A stretch of 64,000 nt of DNA from Nitrospirota bacterium (lineage in GTDB: Bacteria; Nitrospirota; UBA9217). Made by a program: the position numbers and the translations under genes. This document shows positions 39,431 through 49,118 of this stretch, piece after piece (the stretch's first letter is position 1; every line of letters starts with the position of its first letter). The stretch lies in assembly GCA_963840455.1 (NCBI GenBank), contig CAWIYV010000010.1:32001-96000 (forward strand), given 5' to 3'. The notes under the pieces are model-generated. The model did not search any database, was not told where the DNA came from, and saw only the letters and a list, made by a program, of their open reading frames with translations.

Positions 39431-42106
39431 CTATGCGCCGTGGCACTTCTTATATTTCTTGCCGCTCCCGCAGGGGCAGGGGTCGTTCCTTCCCACCTTC
39501 TTGTCCGTGTGCACCGGCTGGGGCGCCGCCATCGCGTCGCCCGCGCCCACGAAGCTGAGCTGGGCCATCTGCCGCTTCTGCCGCCGTTCGATCTCCCGGT
39601 CGTCCTCCTTCGCCTGCTTGACCCGGAAGATGCTCTCCACCGTGGTCTCGACGATGCGGCCCTTCATCTCCTCGAACATGTCGAACCCCTCTTTCTTGTA
39701 TTCGATGAGGGGGTCCTTTTGACCATAGCCCCGGAGGCCCACGCCTTCCTTGAGATGGTCCATGGCGAGGAGGTGGTCCTTCCACTGGTGGTCCACTGCC
39801 TGGAGCATGAAGAGCTTCTCGAGCCGCCGCATCAGATCGGGGCCGATCTCGGACTCCTTGTCATTGTAGCTCTTCTCGAGCGCCTGCCAGATGACGTCGC
39901 GGAACTCATCGCGCGATTTGTCGCCCTGCTCCAGGTCCCCGAGGCGGAAGGAGAACTTCGCAACCAGCGTCTCCTTGAGGCCGACGAGGTCCCAGGTCTC
40001 GGGGTAGGCGTCCTCAGGGCAGTAGAAGCCGAAGAGGCCGTCGAACAGCTCCTCGGCCAGGCCGAGCACGTCCTCTTTGAGGTTCTCGCCCGCCAGGATC
40101 TGGCGGCGCTGCTCGTAGATGACCTTGCGCTGCTGGTTCATCACATCGTCGTATTCGAGGACGTGCTTCCGCATCTCAAAGTTATGGTCCTCAACGCGCT
40201 TCTGGGCGCTCTCGATGGAGCGGGAAACCATGCGGTGCTCGATGGGGACGTCCTCCTCCATACCAAGCCGCTCCATGAGCCCGGAGATCCGGTCGGAGCC
40301 GAAGATCCGGAGCAGGTCGTCCTCGAGCGCGAGGTAGAACCGCGACGAACCCGGATCGCCCTGGCGTCCCGACCGTCCGCGCAGCTGGTTGTCGATCCGC
40401 CGCGACTCGTGCCGCTCCGTGCCCAGGATATGCAGCCCGCCGGCTGCGATCACCTTCTCCTTCTCCGCAGCGCATTGCTGCCGGCACTGGATCAGGGTAG
40501 TCTCCCATTCCTCCGGCGTGTGCTCTTTTCCCTTCAGTATCTGGCGCGCCAGGCCCTCGGGATTGCCGCCCAGTACGATGTCCGTACCGCGGCCGGCCAT
40601 GTTCGTGGCGATGGTCACGGCAGCGTGGCGGCCCGCCTGGGCCACGATCTCGGCCTCCATCTCGTGGTACTTGGCGTTCAGCACCGTGTGCCTGATGCCC
40701 TTCTTCTTGAGCAGCGTAGACAGCAGCTCGGACTTGGCGATGGAGATCGTGCCGACGAGCACAGGCTGGCCGATCTTGTTCTTCTCCTCGATCTCGCTGA
40801 TCACAGCGTTGAATTTGCCCTTCTCGTTCTTGTAGATGAAGTCAGCGTTGTCGATCCGTATCATGTCCCGGTGCGTCGGGATCACCACCACATCGAGGTT
40901 GTAGATCTTCGAGAACTCGGCTGCCTCGGTATCGGCTGTGCCGGTCATGCCGGCCAGCTTGTTGTAAAGCCGGAAGTAGTTCTGGAAGGTGATGGAGGCG
41001 AGCGTCTGGTTCTCGTTCTCGATCTTGACGTTCTCCTTGGCCTCGATGGCCTGGTGCAGGCCGTCGCTCCACCGGCGGCCCGGCATGAGCCGGCCGGTGA
41101 ACTCGTCCACGATCATCACCTGGCCGTCCTTCACCACGTAGTCAACGTCGAGCTGGAACAGGGCGTGGGCCTTCAGGGCCTGGTGGACATGGTGCACCAG
41201 GTCCACGTTGGCGGGATCATAAAGGTTCCCGGCATTCAGCAGCTTCTCGACCCGTATATTGCCCTCCTCGGTGAGGGCTACGGTCTTGGTCTTCTCCTCG
41301 ATGGTGTAGTCTGCGTCCTTCTTGAGGCTCGGGATGATGCGGTTGATCTTGTAGTACTTATCGGTCGATTCCTCGGCCGGGCCGGAGATGATGAGCGGCG
41401 TTCGGGCCTCGTCGATCAGGATGGAGTCCACCTCGTCCACGATTGCGTAGTTCTGCTCGCGCTGAACGTAGTCCGCCAGGTCGAACTTCATGTTGTCCCG
41501 CAGGTAGTCGAAGCCGAACTCGTTGTTCGTGCCGTAGGTCACGTCGCTGTTGTACGACGCCTGCCGCTCCTCGTCGTCGAGGCCGTGGACGATGACGCCC
41601 ACGGTGAGGCCCAGGAACTGGTAGATGGGCCCCATCCACTGGGCGTCGCGTCTGGCGAGGTAGTCGTTCACCGTCACCACGTGCACGCCCCTGCCGGTGA
41701 GGCTGTTCAGATAGACTGGGAGCGTGGCGACCAGGGTCTTGCCCTCGCCGGTCCGCATCTCGGCGATCTTTCCCTCGTGCAGCACGATGCCGCCGATGAG
41801 CTGGACGTCGAAATGGCGCATGCCCAGAGTGCGCTTCGACGCCTCCCGAACGACGGCAAAGGCCTCGGGCAGGATCTCTTCGAGGACCGTCTTCTCCGCG
41901 CCGCGCAGCTCCACGGGATCTTCGATGCCTTCCGTGCGCTCCCGGATCAGCTTCTTGAATGCGTCCGTCTTTGCCTTGAGCTCCCCGTCAGTGAGCCGCG
42001 CAATGTCCGCTTCGAGCGCATTGATCGCCTCGACGCGCGACTGGATGCGCTTCAGGTCGCGTTCGTTCTTGGTGCCCAGAATCTTCTTGAGGATCGTTCC
42101 TATCAT
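39431..42106 (-). CDS. secA: Preprotein translocase ATPase SecA
   Basis: [64 protein letters not shown]. Confidence 0.99.
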   Translation of the reverse strand: MIGTILKKILGTKNERDLKRIQSRVEAINALEADIARLTDGELKAKTDAFKKLIRERTEGIEDPVELRGAEKTVLEEILPEAFAVVREASKRTLGMRHFDVQLIGGIVLHEGKIAEMRTGEGKTLVATLPVYLNSLTGRGVHVVTVNDYLARRDAQWMGPIYQFLGLTVGVIVHGLDDEERQASYNSDVTYGTNNEFGFDYLRDNMKFDLADYVQREQNYAIVDEVDSILIDEARTPLIISGPAEESTDKYYKINRIIPSLKKDADYTIEEKTKTVALTEEGNIRVEKLLNAGNLYDPANVDLVHHVHQALKAHALFQLDVDYVVKDGQVMIVDEFTGRLMPGRRWSDGLHQAIEAKENVKIENENQTLASITFQNYFRLYNKLAGMTGTADTEAAEFSKIYNLDVVVIPTHRDMIRIDNADFIYKNEKGKFNAVISEIEEKNKIGQPVLVGTISIAKSELLSTLLKKKGIRHTVLNAKYHEMEAEIVAQAGRHAAVTIATNMAGRGTDIVLGGNPEGLARQILKGKEHTPEEWETTLIQCRQQCAAEKEKVIAAGGLHILGTERHESRRIDNQLRGRSGRQGDPGSSRFYLALEDDLLRIFGSDRISGLMERLGMEEDVPIEHRMVSRSIESAQKRVEDHNFEMRKHVLEYDDVMNQQRKVIYEQRRQILAGENLKEDVLGLAEELFDGLFGFYCPEDAYPETWDLVGLKETLVAKFSFRLGDLEQGDKSRDEFRDVIWQALEKSYNDKESEIGPDLMRRLEKLFMLQAVDHQWKDHLLAMDHLKEGVGLRGYGQKDPLIEYKKEGFDMFEEMKGRIVETTVESIFRVKQAKEDDREIERRQKRQMAQLSFVGAGDAMAAPQPVHTDKKVGRNDPCPCGSGKKYKKCHGA

Positions 42107-42301
42107 GAGACTCCCATCTCAGCCATTGTGATCTTTCGTGAAGCACCCGTCATGATAATCACTTTCCCTTGTAAATTCAAGGGAAATATGCCTTGACCGC
42201 TTCTGGGGCGGCGCTCATCATCAGCTGAGACCACGCCCTTCCCCGCAGTGGGCATCCTATTTATTTCTTGACAGGGGCCGCGTTTACGTTAAAATGTACG
42301 C

Positions 42302-42634
42302 ATGAAAGCACTCCTGACGGACAAGTCCATTTTCGAGATGCAGGCGGAGATCTGTAAGACCCTCACCAATCCAAAGCGCATCGAGATCCTGAACGCCCTG
42401 AAGACAGACGAAAGGACCGTGACGGACTTGGTGAACATCCTGGGCGCGTCCAAGGCGAACGTCTCGCAGCACCTCGCGGTGATGCGCCACAAGGGTATCC
42501 TGACAACGAGGCGGGAAGGTGTGAATATCTTCTATCGCGTGGCTAATCCCAAGGTCATCGAGGCTTGTGCACTCATGAAGGAAGTGCTGTTCGAGCAGCA
42601 CGCGGCGAGGAAAAAGGCGGTTTCCGGCGCCTGA
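42302..42634 (+). CDS. ArsR/SmtB family transcriptional regulator
   Basis: CKTLTNPKRIEIL, SKANVSQHLAVMR, RREG..IFY; Cys residues near both termini. Confidence 0.93.
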   Translation: MKALLTDKSIFEMQAEICKTLTNPKRIEILNALKTDERTVTDLVNILGASKANVSQHLAVMRHKGILTTRREGVNIFYRVANPKVIEACALMKEVLFEQHAARKKAVSGA

Positions 42635-42734
42635 TTGCCTGCCATTTTTTTTAACCTTATAGTTGCAAATATTCTAAACTTGTATCTTTAGCACCCCGGT
42701 CATTTCTACCGGATTTATCACAGACGAAAGAAGG

Positions 42735-43283
42735 ATGGTTATGAAGACAGGCAGTGTTCAGGACGCAGACACACGGCCCGCGCAGTACATGAACCCTTAT
42801 GTTGCCGGGGTCGGGCTCGGGCTGGTGCTGCTAGCGGCATTCGTTATCGCAGGACGGGGTCTGGGGGCCTCAGGCGCTTTTGCCTCGGTGGTGAGCTACG
42901 TGGTCAGCTTGGTAGCGCCGGCCCATGCAGGGAACAACCCCTTCTACCAGAAATACCTGTCCCGGGCGTCCAATCCTTTCAAGGACTGGCTTTTCATTGA
43001 AGTGCTCGGTGTGATGATAGGCGGGTTTCTGTCCGGATACTTCACACGGCGGGTGGCCAAAACAATCGAGCGGGGCCCGAACATCTCCGACAAGGGCCGG
43101 CTCGCCCTGGCCTTCGGCGGCGGCATGCTCGTATCCTTCGGCGCACAGTTCGCCCGGGGCTGCACCAGCGGGCAGTCCATCACGGGAGGGGCGCTCCTGA
43201 ACCTGGGTAGCTGGGCGTTCACCATGTCGGTGTTCGCCGGGGCCTACGGCGCTGCGTACTTTCTGAGGAGGGAATGGAAATGA
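42735..43283 (+). CDS. YeeE/YedE sulfur-compound transporter subunit 1
   Basis: NPYVAGVGLG, GRGLGASG, FGAQFARGCTSGQ motif; multiple TM helices. Confidence 0.92.
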   Translation: MVMKTGSVQDADTRPAQYMNPYVAGVGLGLVLLAAFVIAGRGLGASGAFASVVSYVVSLVAPAHAGNNPFYQKYLSRASNPFKDWLFIEVLGVMIGGFLSGYFTRRVAKTIERGPNISDKGRLALAFGGGMLVSFGAQFARGCTSGQSITGGALLNLGSWAFTMSVFAGAYGAAYFLRREWK

Positions 43284-43867
43284 CGGCACCGCTCATCACA
43301 TCCGGGGCCCTGAGCCCCTCGTACGATCTGTTCTTCGCGCTGCTGATCGGCATCGCCTTCGGGTTCTTCCTGGAGCGCGCAGGATTCGGCAGTGCGCGTA
43401 AGCTCGTTGCCCAGTTCTACCTCACCGACCTCTCGGTCTTCAAGGTCATGTTCACCGCGCTCGTGACCGCTATGGTGGGGGCCATCATTCTGAACCGCGT
43501 GGGGTTCCTCGATATCGGTGAGCTCCCCCTTATCGGGACGTACATCGTCCCTATGATGGTCGGCGGCCTGATCCTCGGCGTCGGTTTCGTCATCGGAGGA
43601 TATTGACCCGGCACCTCTGCCGTGGCGGTCGCCACGGGCAAGGTCGACGGCATGGTCTATGTGGGAGGCCTCCTGGCAGGCATGTTCGTCTATGCTGAGC
43701 TCTCGCCAGTCCTTATGCCGTTCGTGAACAGCACCAGCATGGGACAGATAACCATCCCGCAGTATTTCAACCTCCCGGTCTTCGGGGTGGTTGCCGCGGT
43801 CATCGTGATGGCCCTCGCCGGCTTTTACGGCGCGACCATCGTGGAGAAGAAGTTCGGAAGCCGCTGA
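43280..43867 (+). CDS. YeeE/YedE sulfur-compound transporter subunit 2, probable selenoprotein (UGA at 43604-43606)
   Basis: ORF-track pieces 43274-43606 and 43622-43867 are in one frame: ...GFVIGGY-TGA-PGTSAVAVATGK... The TGA occupies the Cys of the GxCPGT motif. Read-through gives 195 aa. Confidence 0.88.
43619..43639 (+). promoter_or_regulatory. Bacterial SECIS-like hairpin
   Basis: CCGTGGC-GGTC-GCCACGG perfect 7-bp stem with a G-led loop, separated from the UGA by 13 nt. Confidence 0.75.
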
Positions 43868-43890
43868 GCAGCACATTGCATCGGAGCGAC

Positions 43891-43932
43891 AACGGCCGCC
43901 GAGGGAGACCCTTCGGCGGCCGTTCTTTTTTT
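43891..43932 (+). terminator. Terminator of the arsR-yeeE-yeeE operon
   Basis: AACGGCCGCCGAGGG...CCCTTCGGCGGCCGTT followed by CTTTTTTT; it lies after the read-through stop (43867), not after the UGA. Confidence 0.9.
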
Positions 43933-43966
43933 CGAAGATCTTGTCGCTGCACCATGGTGCTCACGC

Positions 43967-44188
43967 TTCTCTCCCACCCCGGGCGGCTAGGCTGCGACGA
44001 CTGTGAGTATGCATGCCAATGCCCTACCCCTAACAAGAGCTGTCAAAAAAGCAACGCGGCAGAAGGGAACAAACTATTGAGCATGAACGAATATTATGGC
44101 ATGCCAACGCGGCTGAGCGATAAGCCGCCCAAAAGAGCGATTTTTTTCTACGGCCCGCCCCGCGCTGTTGCGCAGGCATGCCTTAGAG
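43967..44188. repeat. Diverged ~230-bp repeat, copy B
   Basis: Collinear similarity to 31698-31942, same orientation. Confidence 0.75.
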
Positions 44189-44371
44189 ATTGTTCGCTCC
44201 AAAAGTCCTTGCTTCACTCGCTCGTAATGGAGATGTTCCTTTTGCAGCCGCACACACAAAGAAACCCCGGAGAGAGGGGTCTCCGGGGTTCCGATCATGT
44301 CTGTCTGTGACTTTCTGCTGTACCGAGCTACCCGCGGCCAAGTCCGTCGCGAAACGCTTCGGTATGCCCGT

Positions 44372-44578
44372 TTAGGAATCCTTGCTTACATTTGCTGCCT
44401 GGGGCCCCTTCTCTCCCTGAATAACGTCAAAGGTGACGGGCTGGCCCTCGGAAAGAGTCTTGAAGCCTTCGCCCTGAATGGCCGAGTAATGCACGAAGAC
44501 GTCCCGTCCGCCGCCGTCCGGCTCGATGAAACCGAATCCTTTTGCCTCGTTGAACCACTTCACTTTCCCGTTCGACAT
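44372..44578 (-). CDS. Cold-shock protein
   Basis: [37 protein letters not shown]; hairpin terminator at ~44260-44291. Confidence 0.96.
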   Translation of the reverse strand: MSNGKVKWFNEAKGFGFIEPDGGGRDVFVHYSAIQGEGFKTLSEGQPVTFDVIQGEKGPQAANVSKDS

Positions 44579-44790
44579 AAATCGTACTCCCTCCTTGCGT
44601 GTAGTTCCGCCCGCGGCCGTGGTTCCCCTTTTACCACTGCCGATCCCTGGCAAAACTACGGTTTTGAACAACAGAGATGAGCCTCATGTCTCCCCTGAGC
44701 TCAATTCCCCGAAAAGCCAGAAGTGTATGAACGTTTGAGTTCGCTGCCATAGGTATGATGGGATAAGCAAGGCCTGTACGCGCCCTTTTT

Positions 44791-45729
44791 TTAATTCAGA
44801 TATTTCCCCGGATTGACCGGAAGGCCGTTCAGGCGCACTTCGTAGTGGAGGTGAGGTCCGGTGCTGGAGCCGGAGTCGCCGGCATATGCAATGACGTCGC
44901 CACGCCGAACGCGCTGTCCGGCCTTCACGTTGAGGCGGGAATTATGAGCATAGAGCGTCTTGATGCCGTAGCCATGGCTGATCTCGACCATGTTGCCGTA
45001 ACCCGTGCCGAAACCGGCCTTGACCACCACGCCGTCGGCAGAGGCCACGACCGGCGTACCCGTCTGTGCCGCAATGTCCATGCCCTCATGGAACTTCTGG
45101 ATGCCGCTGAAGGGTGATATCCTGCTCCCGAAGCGGGAGGTGACCCAGCCGCGTACGGGCCAGACGGAAGGCGTAGATGCGTACAGCGATCGCTTGTCCT
45201 CGAAGTATTCGATCAGCACCTGCAGGCTGGCTTCCTGCCGGGATGCCGCTCCTTTAAGCTGGGTGAGTTCATCGCTCATTTCCTTGAGCGCCTCGGCCTG
45301 CTTCTTTTCACCGAGCGCTGTGAGGTTCTGAAGGCCAAGCTCGTCGGGGCCTCCGATGCCGAGCACCTGCTGGGCCTTGTCCCGGGGTCCGAGGCTCACC
45401 GCGCGGCGGAGCTTGGTATCCAGATCGCGGAGCAGGAACATCTGGCGCTTGTAGTCCAGAAGGTTCAGCGCGAAATTCTGCACCTGGGCCTTCTGCTGCA
45501 TGAGCTCTTCGCGCATGGATTGCAGTTCCCAGACCTTGTCCTTCACATCGTTATACTCATAGACCAGGTACAGCGAGAGCACCAGGACGCCGAGGAACGA
45601 TAGGAGAGAGGTCTTGATGGCAGACTTCGAAATGCGGAGGGTACGCACGGGGGAGTTCGGGCCGGGCACGACCATGATCGTAAAATATTCTTTTTTCTTG
45701 ATATTTCTCGCTTTCCCTGCCCTCATCAT
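44791..45729 (-). CDS. M23 family metallopeptidase with coiled coil
   Basis: TM + coiled coil; HEGMDIA, YAHNS, STGPHLHYEV. Confidence 0.95.
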   Translation of the reverse strand: MMRAGKARNIKKKEYFTIMVVPGPNSPVRTLRISKSAIKTSLLSFLGVLVLSLYLVYEYNDVKDKVWELQSMREELMQQKAQVQNFALNLLDYKRQMFLLRDLDTKLRRAVSLGPRDKAQQVLGIGGPDELGLQNLTALGEKKQAEALKEMSDELTQLKGAASRQEASLQVLIEYFEDKRSLYASTPSVWPVRGWVTSRFGSRISPFSGIQKFHEGMDIAAQTGTPVVASADGVVVKAGFGTGYGNMVEISHGYGIKTLYAHNSRLNVKAGQRVRRGDVIAYAGDSGSSTGPHLHYEVRLNGLPVNPGKYLN

Positions 45730-45827
45730 CCCTCCGCAGTGAGAAGACGCACCCGTTACTGCATAGACAGTAGCATAGAGCCCGCTTTGATGTCAAGATT
45801 TTCTTTGAAAGACCGATTCTTCCGGCA

Positions 45828-46571
45828 CTATATATTGTAGGGCACCGCAGGGTGCTCCAATATCTTGTTTTTGATCTTGTTCTTGGGTCTTGGCTGACAT
45901 ACCTTGATCGTGCGCGGCAGAAATGGTTCGAGAGGGCAGCCGCTGCACCGGGGCGCGGTCTTCGTGCAGTGCATCTTTCCCAGCCTTACCAGGAGGGCGT
46001 GGTATTCATTGAACAGGCTTGTATCCCGCGGAAGGCTATCCATGAACAACTGCTGGACAACGTGGTAACCATCGTCCCCGCTCACCATCCCGTGCCTGCT
46101 GAAGATCCTCCTCGTGTAGGCATCCACCACGAAGACCGGATGTCCCGCTGCATAGAGCATGATTGCATCGGCCGTTTCCGGGCCGATCCCGTTCACCGAG
46201 AGAAGGCCTTTTCGCAGTTCTTCCGGATCATCCCGGAACATCCGGGCAAGGCTCCCTCCATACCGTTCGGTCAGAAAGGCCATGAGGTGGCTGAGGCGTT
46301 TCGCCTTGACGGTATAGTATCCGCTCGGCCTGATGAGGGCGGCAAGCTTGCGGCGGCCAAGACCTCGGAGGCGGACCACGGTCAGAGAGCCTCCCGACTT
46401 CAGATTAGTGATCGCTTTTTCGACATTGCCCCACGCGGTGTTCTGGGTGAGGACCGCACCCACCATCACCTCAAAGGGGGAGTCGCCGGGCCACCACTGC
46501 TGCGGTCCATATTTCTTGAAGAGGGCACCGTAGATGGCCATGAGCTGTTTCCGGGTCCTGTCCGCCTTCAT
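45828..46571 (-). CDS. Endonuclease III-related HhH-GPD glycosylase
   Basis: WWPGDSPFEVMVGAVLTQNTAW, GIGPETAD, VVDAYTRR, Fe-S Cys motif CTKTAPRCSGCPL. Confidence 0.93.
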   Translation of the reverse strand: MKADRTRKQLMAIYGALFKKYGPQQWWPGDSPFEVMVGAVLTQNTAWGNVEKAITNLKSGGSLTVVRLRGLGRRKLAALIRPSGYYTVKAKRLSHLMAFLTERYGGSLARMFRDDPEELRKGLLSVNGIGPETADAIMLYAAGHPVFVVDAYTRRIFSRHGMVSGDDGYHVVQQLFMDSLPRDTSLFNEYHALLVRLGKMHCTKTAPRCSGCPLEPFLPRTIKVCQPRPKNKIKNKILEHPAVPYNI

Positions 46572-46629
46572 GATCGATCCCTGCGGTATGCGGTCCGGTC
46601 CTCCGGCGGGTGCGCCGTCAACGGCCGCA

Positions 46630-46950
46630 TCACCCCTTCGTCGCATCCTTCACCCACGCAAGATAGGTCGGCAGGCCGGCCGCGATGGGCAAGGCGATGA
46701 TCTCCGGCACGGAATAGGTATGGAGCGTCTTGACCCGCGCAATGACCGCATCCATGAGCGGCATTCTGCTCTTGCAGATCAGGAGCGCCTCCACGGCATC
46801 CTGGGTCTTTCCTTCCCAGAAGAAGAACGAGCGCACTCCGGGAATGACGTTCACACAGGCAGCCAGGTGTTCGTCGACAAGCGTCCGGGCGATGGTTGCC
46901 GCCTCGTCAGATGAACCTGTGGTGATCAGAATGACGATCTCTTCGGCCAT
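46630..46950 (-). CDS. cutA: Divalent-cation tolerance protein CutA
   Basis: LAACVN, SFFFWEG, HTYSVPEIIALPI. Confidence 0.95.
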   Translation of the reverse strand: MAEEIVILITTGSSDEAATIARTLVDEHLAACVNVIPGVRSFFFWEGKTQDAVEALLICKSRMPLMDAVIARVKTLHTYSVPEIIALPIAAGLPTYLAWVKDATKG

Positions 46951-47043
46951 GATCCCTCCTGGGTGAATGGTGTGCCAGATTCTCGCTACGCGAAGTCGTT
47001 CCCCGCCTCGTCATGTGATCGCACGGTCTTCAGCAGCAGCATC

Positions 47044-49068
47044 CTAGAACTTCATCCCGCCAAGCCCTTTGAGGTCCAGCATGACGAGATACTGCGTCTC
47101 GCCCGGCTTGTTCATATAGGAAAACCCCACGCCCCAGCACTGGGAGGCGTAATGGACTTTATATTCCTTCTGGGTGATGGTCCCGTTCTGTATATCGCGC
47201 CACATCTGGCCCTTCAGGTCCCACCTATCCAGTTTCAAACCGAGCCCGGTGATGAGGAATTGGGTCCGGGGATCTCGAAGGTACTGGTGGGTCATATCGA
47301 ACTGAACGGTCTCACCCTTGACCGTTACGCTCTCGGAGGAGGAGGAAAGCCTGTTGGTATACGTATCGTAGTTTGCGTTGGCAGAAACGGTGAGCAGCTT
47401 CGGCGTCTTGACGGCAAGTTCGCCTATGATCTCGGAGCGCGGGTGGGCGTTCACGAGGTCCTTGTTCCGCGCCTCGCCCACGTTATAGGACTGGGAGAGG
47501 CGAAAGACCATAAGATCGAAGGTCCGCACGTTCGCACCGTCCCTGTATCGGGCGGTGAGCCGGTTGATGAGGGATAGGGTCACCAGGTTCTCTTCCTGCA
47601 CGTCGTCCACAGCATCCAGGTGGGGGAAGTCGCCCTGGTCGATCCGGGGGATGTAGGAATACGAGACCGTCGGTTCGATGGAATGCCGGACCCGGCCGAT
47701 CCCGGACTCTTCGTCCTGTCCATAGACCTTCGAGAAGCGCGCGTTGAGGTCCGCACCGGCGTACGTATATTTCCGCTCCACCGGTTCGATGGTCGTCGCG
47801 CCCCGGTCATAGAAGGTGGCGCGGGCTCCTATGCGGGGCGTCAGGCTCAGACCGTATCCGCTCAGGACTGTCGTGAGCTCGGGCTTGAAGTCCGCCCGCA
47901 ACACATTCCCCCCGTCGCTGGACGTGAAGTTGGTCGCCAATCCTTCGAACCGGAGGTAGGCCAGCCGGACCAGCGGCTCACCGAAGATCGTGTACCGGAG
48001 TTCGGGCAGCTTCTGGACCGTCTTGTCATTCGGCTGGGTCAGGTCCGTTGAATACTGACCCAGGAGATAGAGCGAGGCCGTGTTCCACCGCTCCACGTAA
48101 AATGCGTTCGAATCGATATATGGCCGGGCGCGCAGCTCCAGTTTCTTCTCGAGATCGCGGTAATAGTTCTGGTCACTCACGAGGTTGACGTCCGCACGGA
48201 ACGAGAGGTCCTCGGCGAATTCCTCTCGGTGCTGGAACTGAAGCTCCCATTGGTTCGTTTTGGAATGGAAGTTGTTGAAGTAGTTGTAATAGGCCTTACC
48301 CTCCGAATCCCGGTTGTTCACATAGCGGTATTCGATCCCGGTCCCGTGGCCGGTCCGGTCGCGGTAGTCGGTGGTGAACGTCATGTCCCGGGAGTCGGAG
48401 ATGGCCCAGAAGAAGGTGTTTTTCATGAGGAAGCCGTCGCTGCTGCTGAAGCCAACGACCGGGATCAGCAGGCCGCTCTGCCGCTTGACCGGAAAGAGGA
48501 AATAGGGCGCGTACATAATCGGCAGGCCTTCCATATTGAACGACACATGACTGCCCGTGGCGTACTTGGCCAGGTCCACATCGAGCTCGCGCGCCTTGAG
48601 GTACCACTCCCCCTCGTCACAGGTGGTGAAGGTGCCGTTCTCCACGTGATACACGGTTTCGGAGCGCCGCTCGATACGGTCGCCCTTCAGATAAAAATTT
48701 TCCTTGCTCTTGTACAGCTGGCCTTTTGTGAAGAAGCCGACGCCCGTGGTCAGGTTCACCTCCAGCCGGTCCGCCATCACGGTGTCGCCCTTGTCCCGGA
48801 GATATACGTTCCCTTCGGCGACCGCCTCGCCGGTGCTGTTGTTCAGCACGATCCGGTCAGCCTCCAGCCGCATGTCCTGCTGGTCTATCCTCACATGGCC
48901 TTCGGCGGTGTAGATGTCGTTCGCCCGGTCGTGGTCCAACTTGTCCGCGGTCACGTTGACGGGGATCTTTTTTCTCAGAGGCTCCTCGGCGGACACAGTG
49001 CATAACGTTCCCGCTGCCAGGACCGCCGCAAGGACAAACACGGTGATGGGAACTGCTCGCCTGGTCAT
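47044..49068 (-). CDS. lptD: LPS-assembly protein LptD
   Basis: OstA-like N-terminus (TADKL, AEGNV), FTTC, KRQSGLLIP, RHSIEP, SQCW; beta-barrel C-terminus. Confidence 0.92.
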   Translation of the reverse strand: MTRRAVPITVFVLAAVLAAGTLCTVSAEEPLRKKIPVNVTADKLDHDRANDIYTAEGHVRIDQQDMRLEADRIVLNNSTGEAVAEGNVYLRDKGDTVMADRLEVNLTTGVGFFTKGQLYKSKENFYLKGDRIERRSETVYHVENGTFTTCDEGEWYLKARELDVDLAKYATGSHVSFNMEGLPIMYAPYFLFPVKRQSGLLIPVVGFSSSDGFLMKNTFFWAISDSRDMTFTTDYRDRTGHGTGIEYRYVNNRDSEGKAYYNYFNNFHSKTNQWELQFQHREEFAEDLSFRADVNLVSDQNYYRDLEKKLELRARPYIDSNAFYVERWNTASLYLLGQYSTDLTQPNDKTVQKLPELRYTIFGEPLVRLAYLRFEGLATNFTSSDGGNVLRADFKPELTTVLSGYGLSLTPRIGARATFYDRGATTIEPVERKYTYAGADLNARFSKVYGQDEESGIGRVRHSIEPTVSYSYIPRIDQGDFPHLDAVDDVQEENLVTLSLINRLTARYRDGANVRTFDLMVFRLSQSYNVGEARNKDLVNAHPRSEIIGELAVKTPKLLTVSANANYDTYTNRLSSSSESVTVKGETVQFDMTHQYLRDPRTQFLITGLGLKLDRWDLKGQMWRDIQNGTITQKEYKVHYASQCWGVGFSYMNKPGETQYLVMLDLKGLGGMKF

Positions 49069-49118
49069 GGCGTTCTCTGTGCTCCGCGTTCTGCGTTCCG
49101 CACTCCGCACGTCCTCCC

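Noticed and set aside
44579-44790. Possible cspA-type thermosensor 5' UTR
   Set aside because: A long leader is plausible, but I could not identify a specific conserved structure or transcription start.
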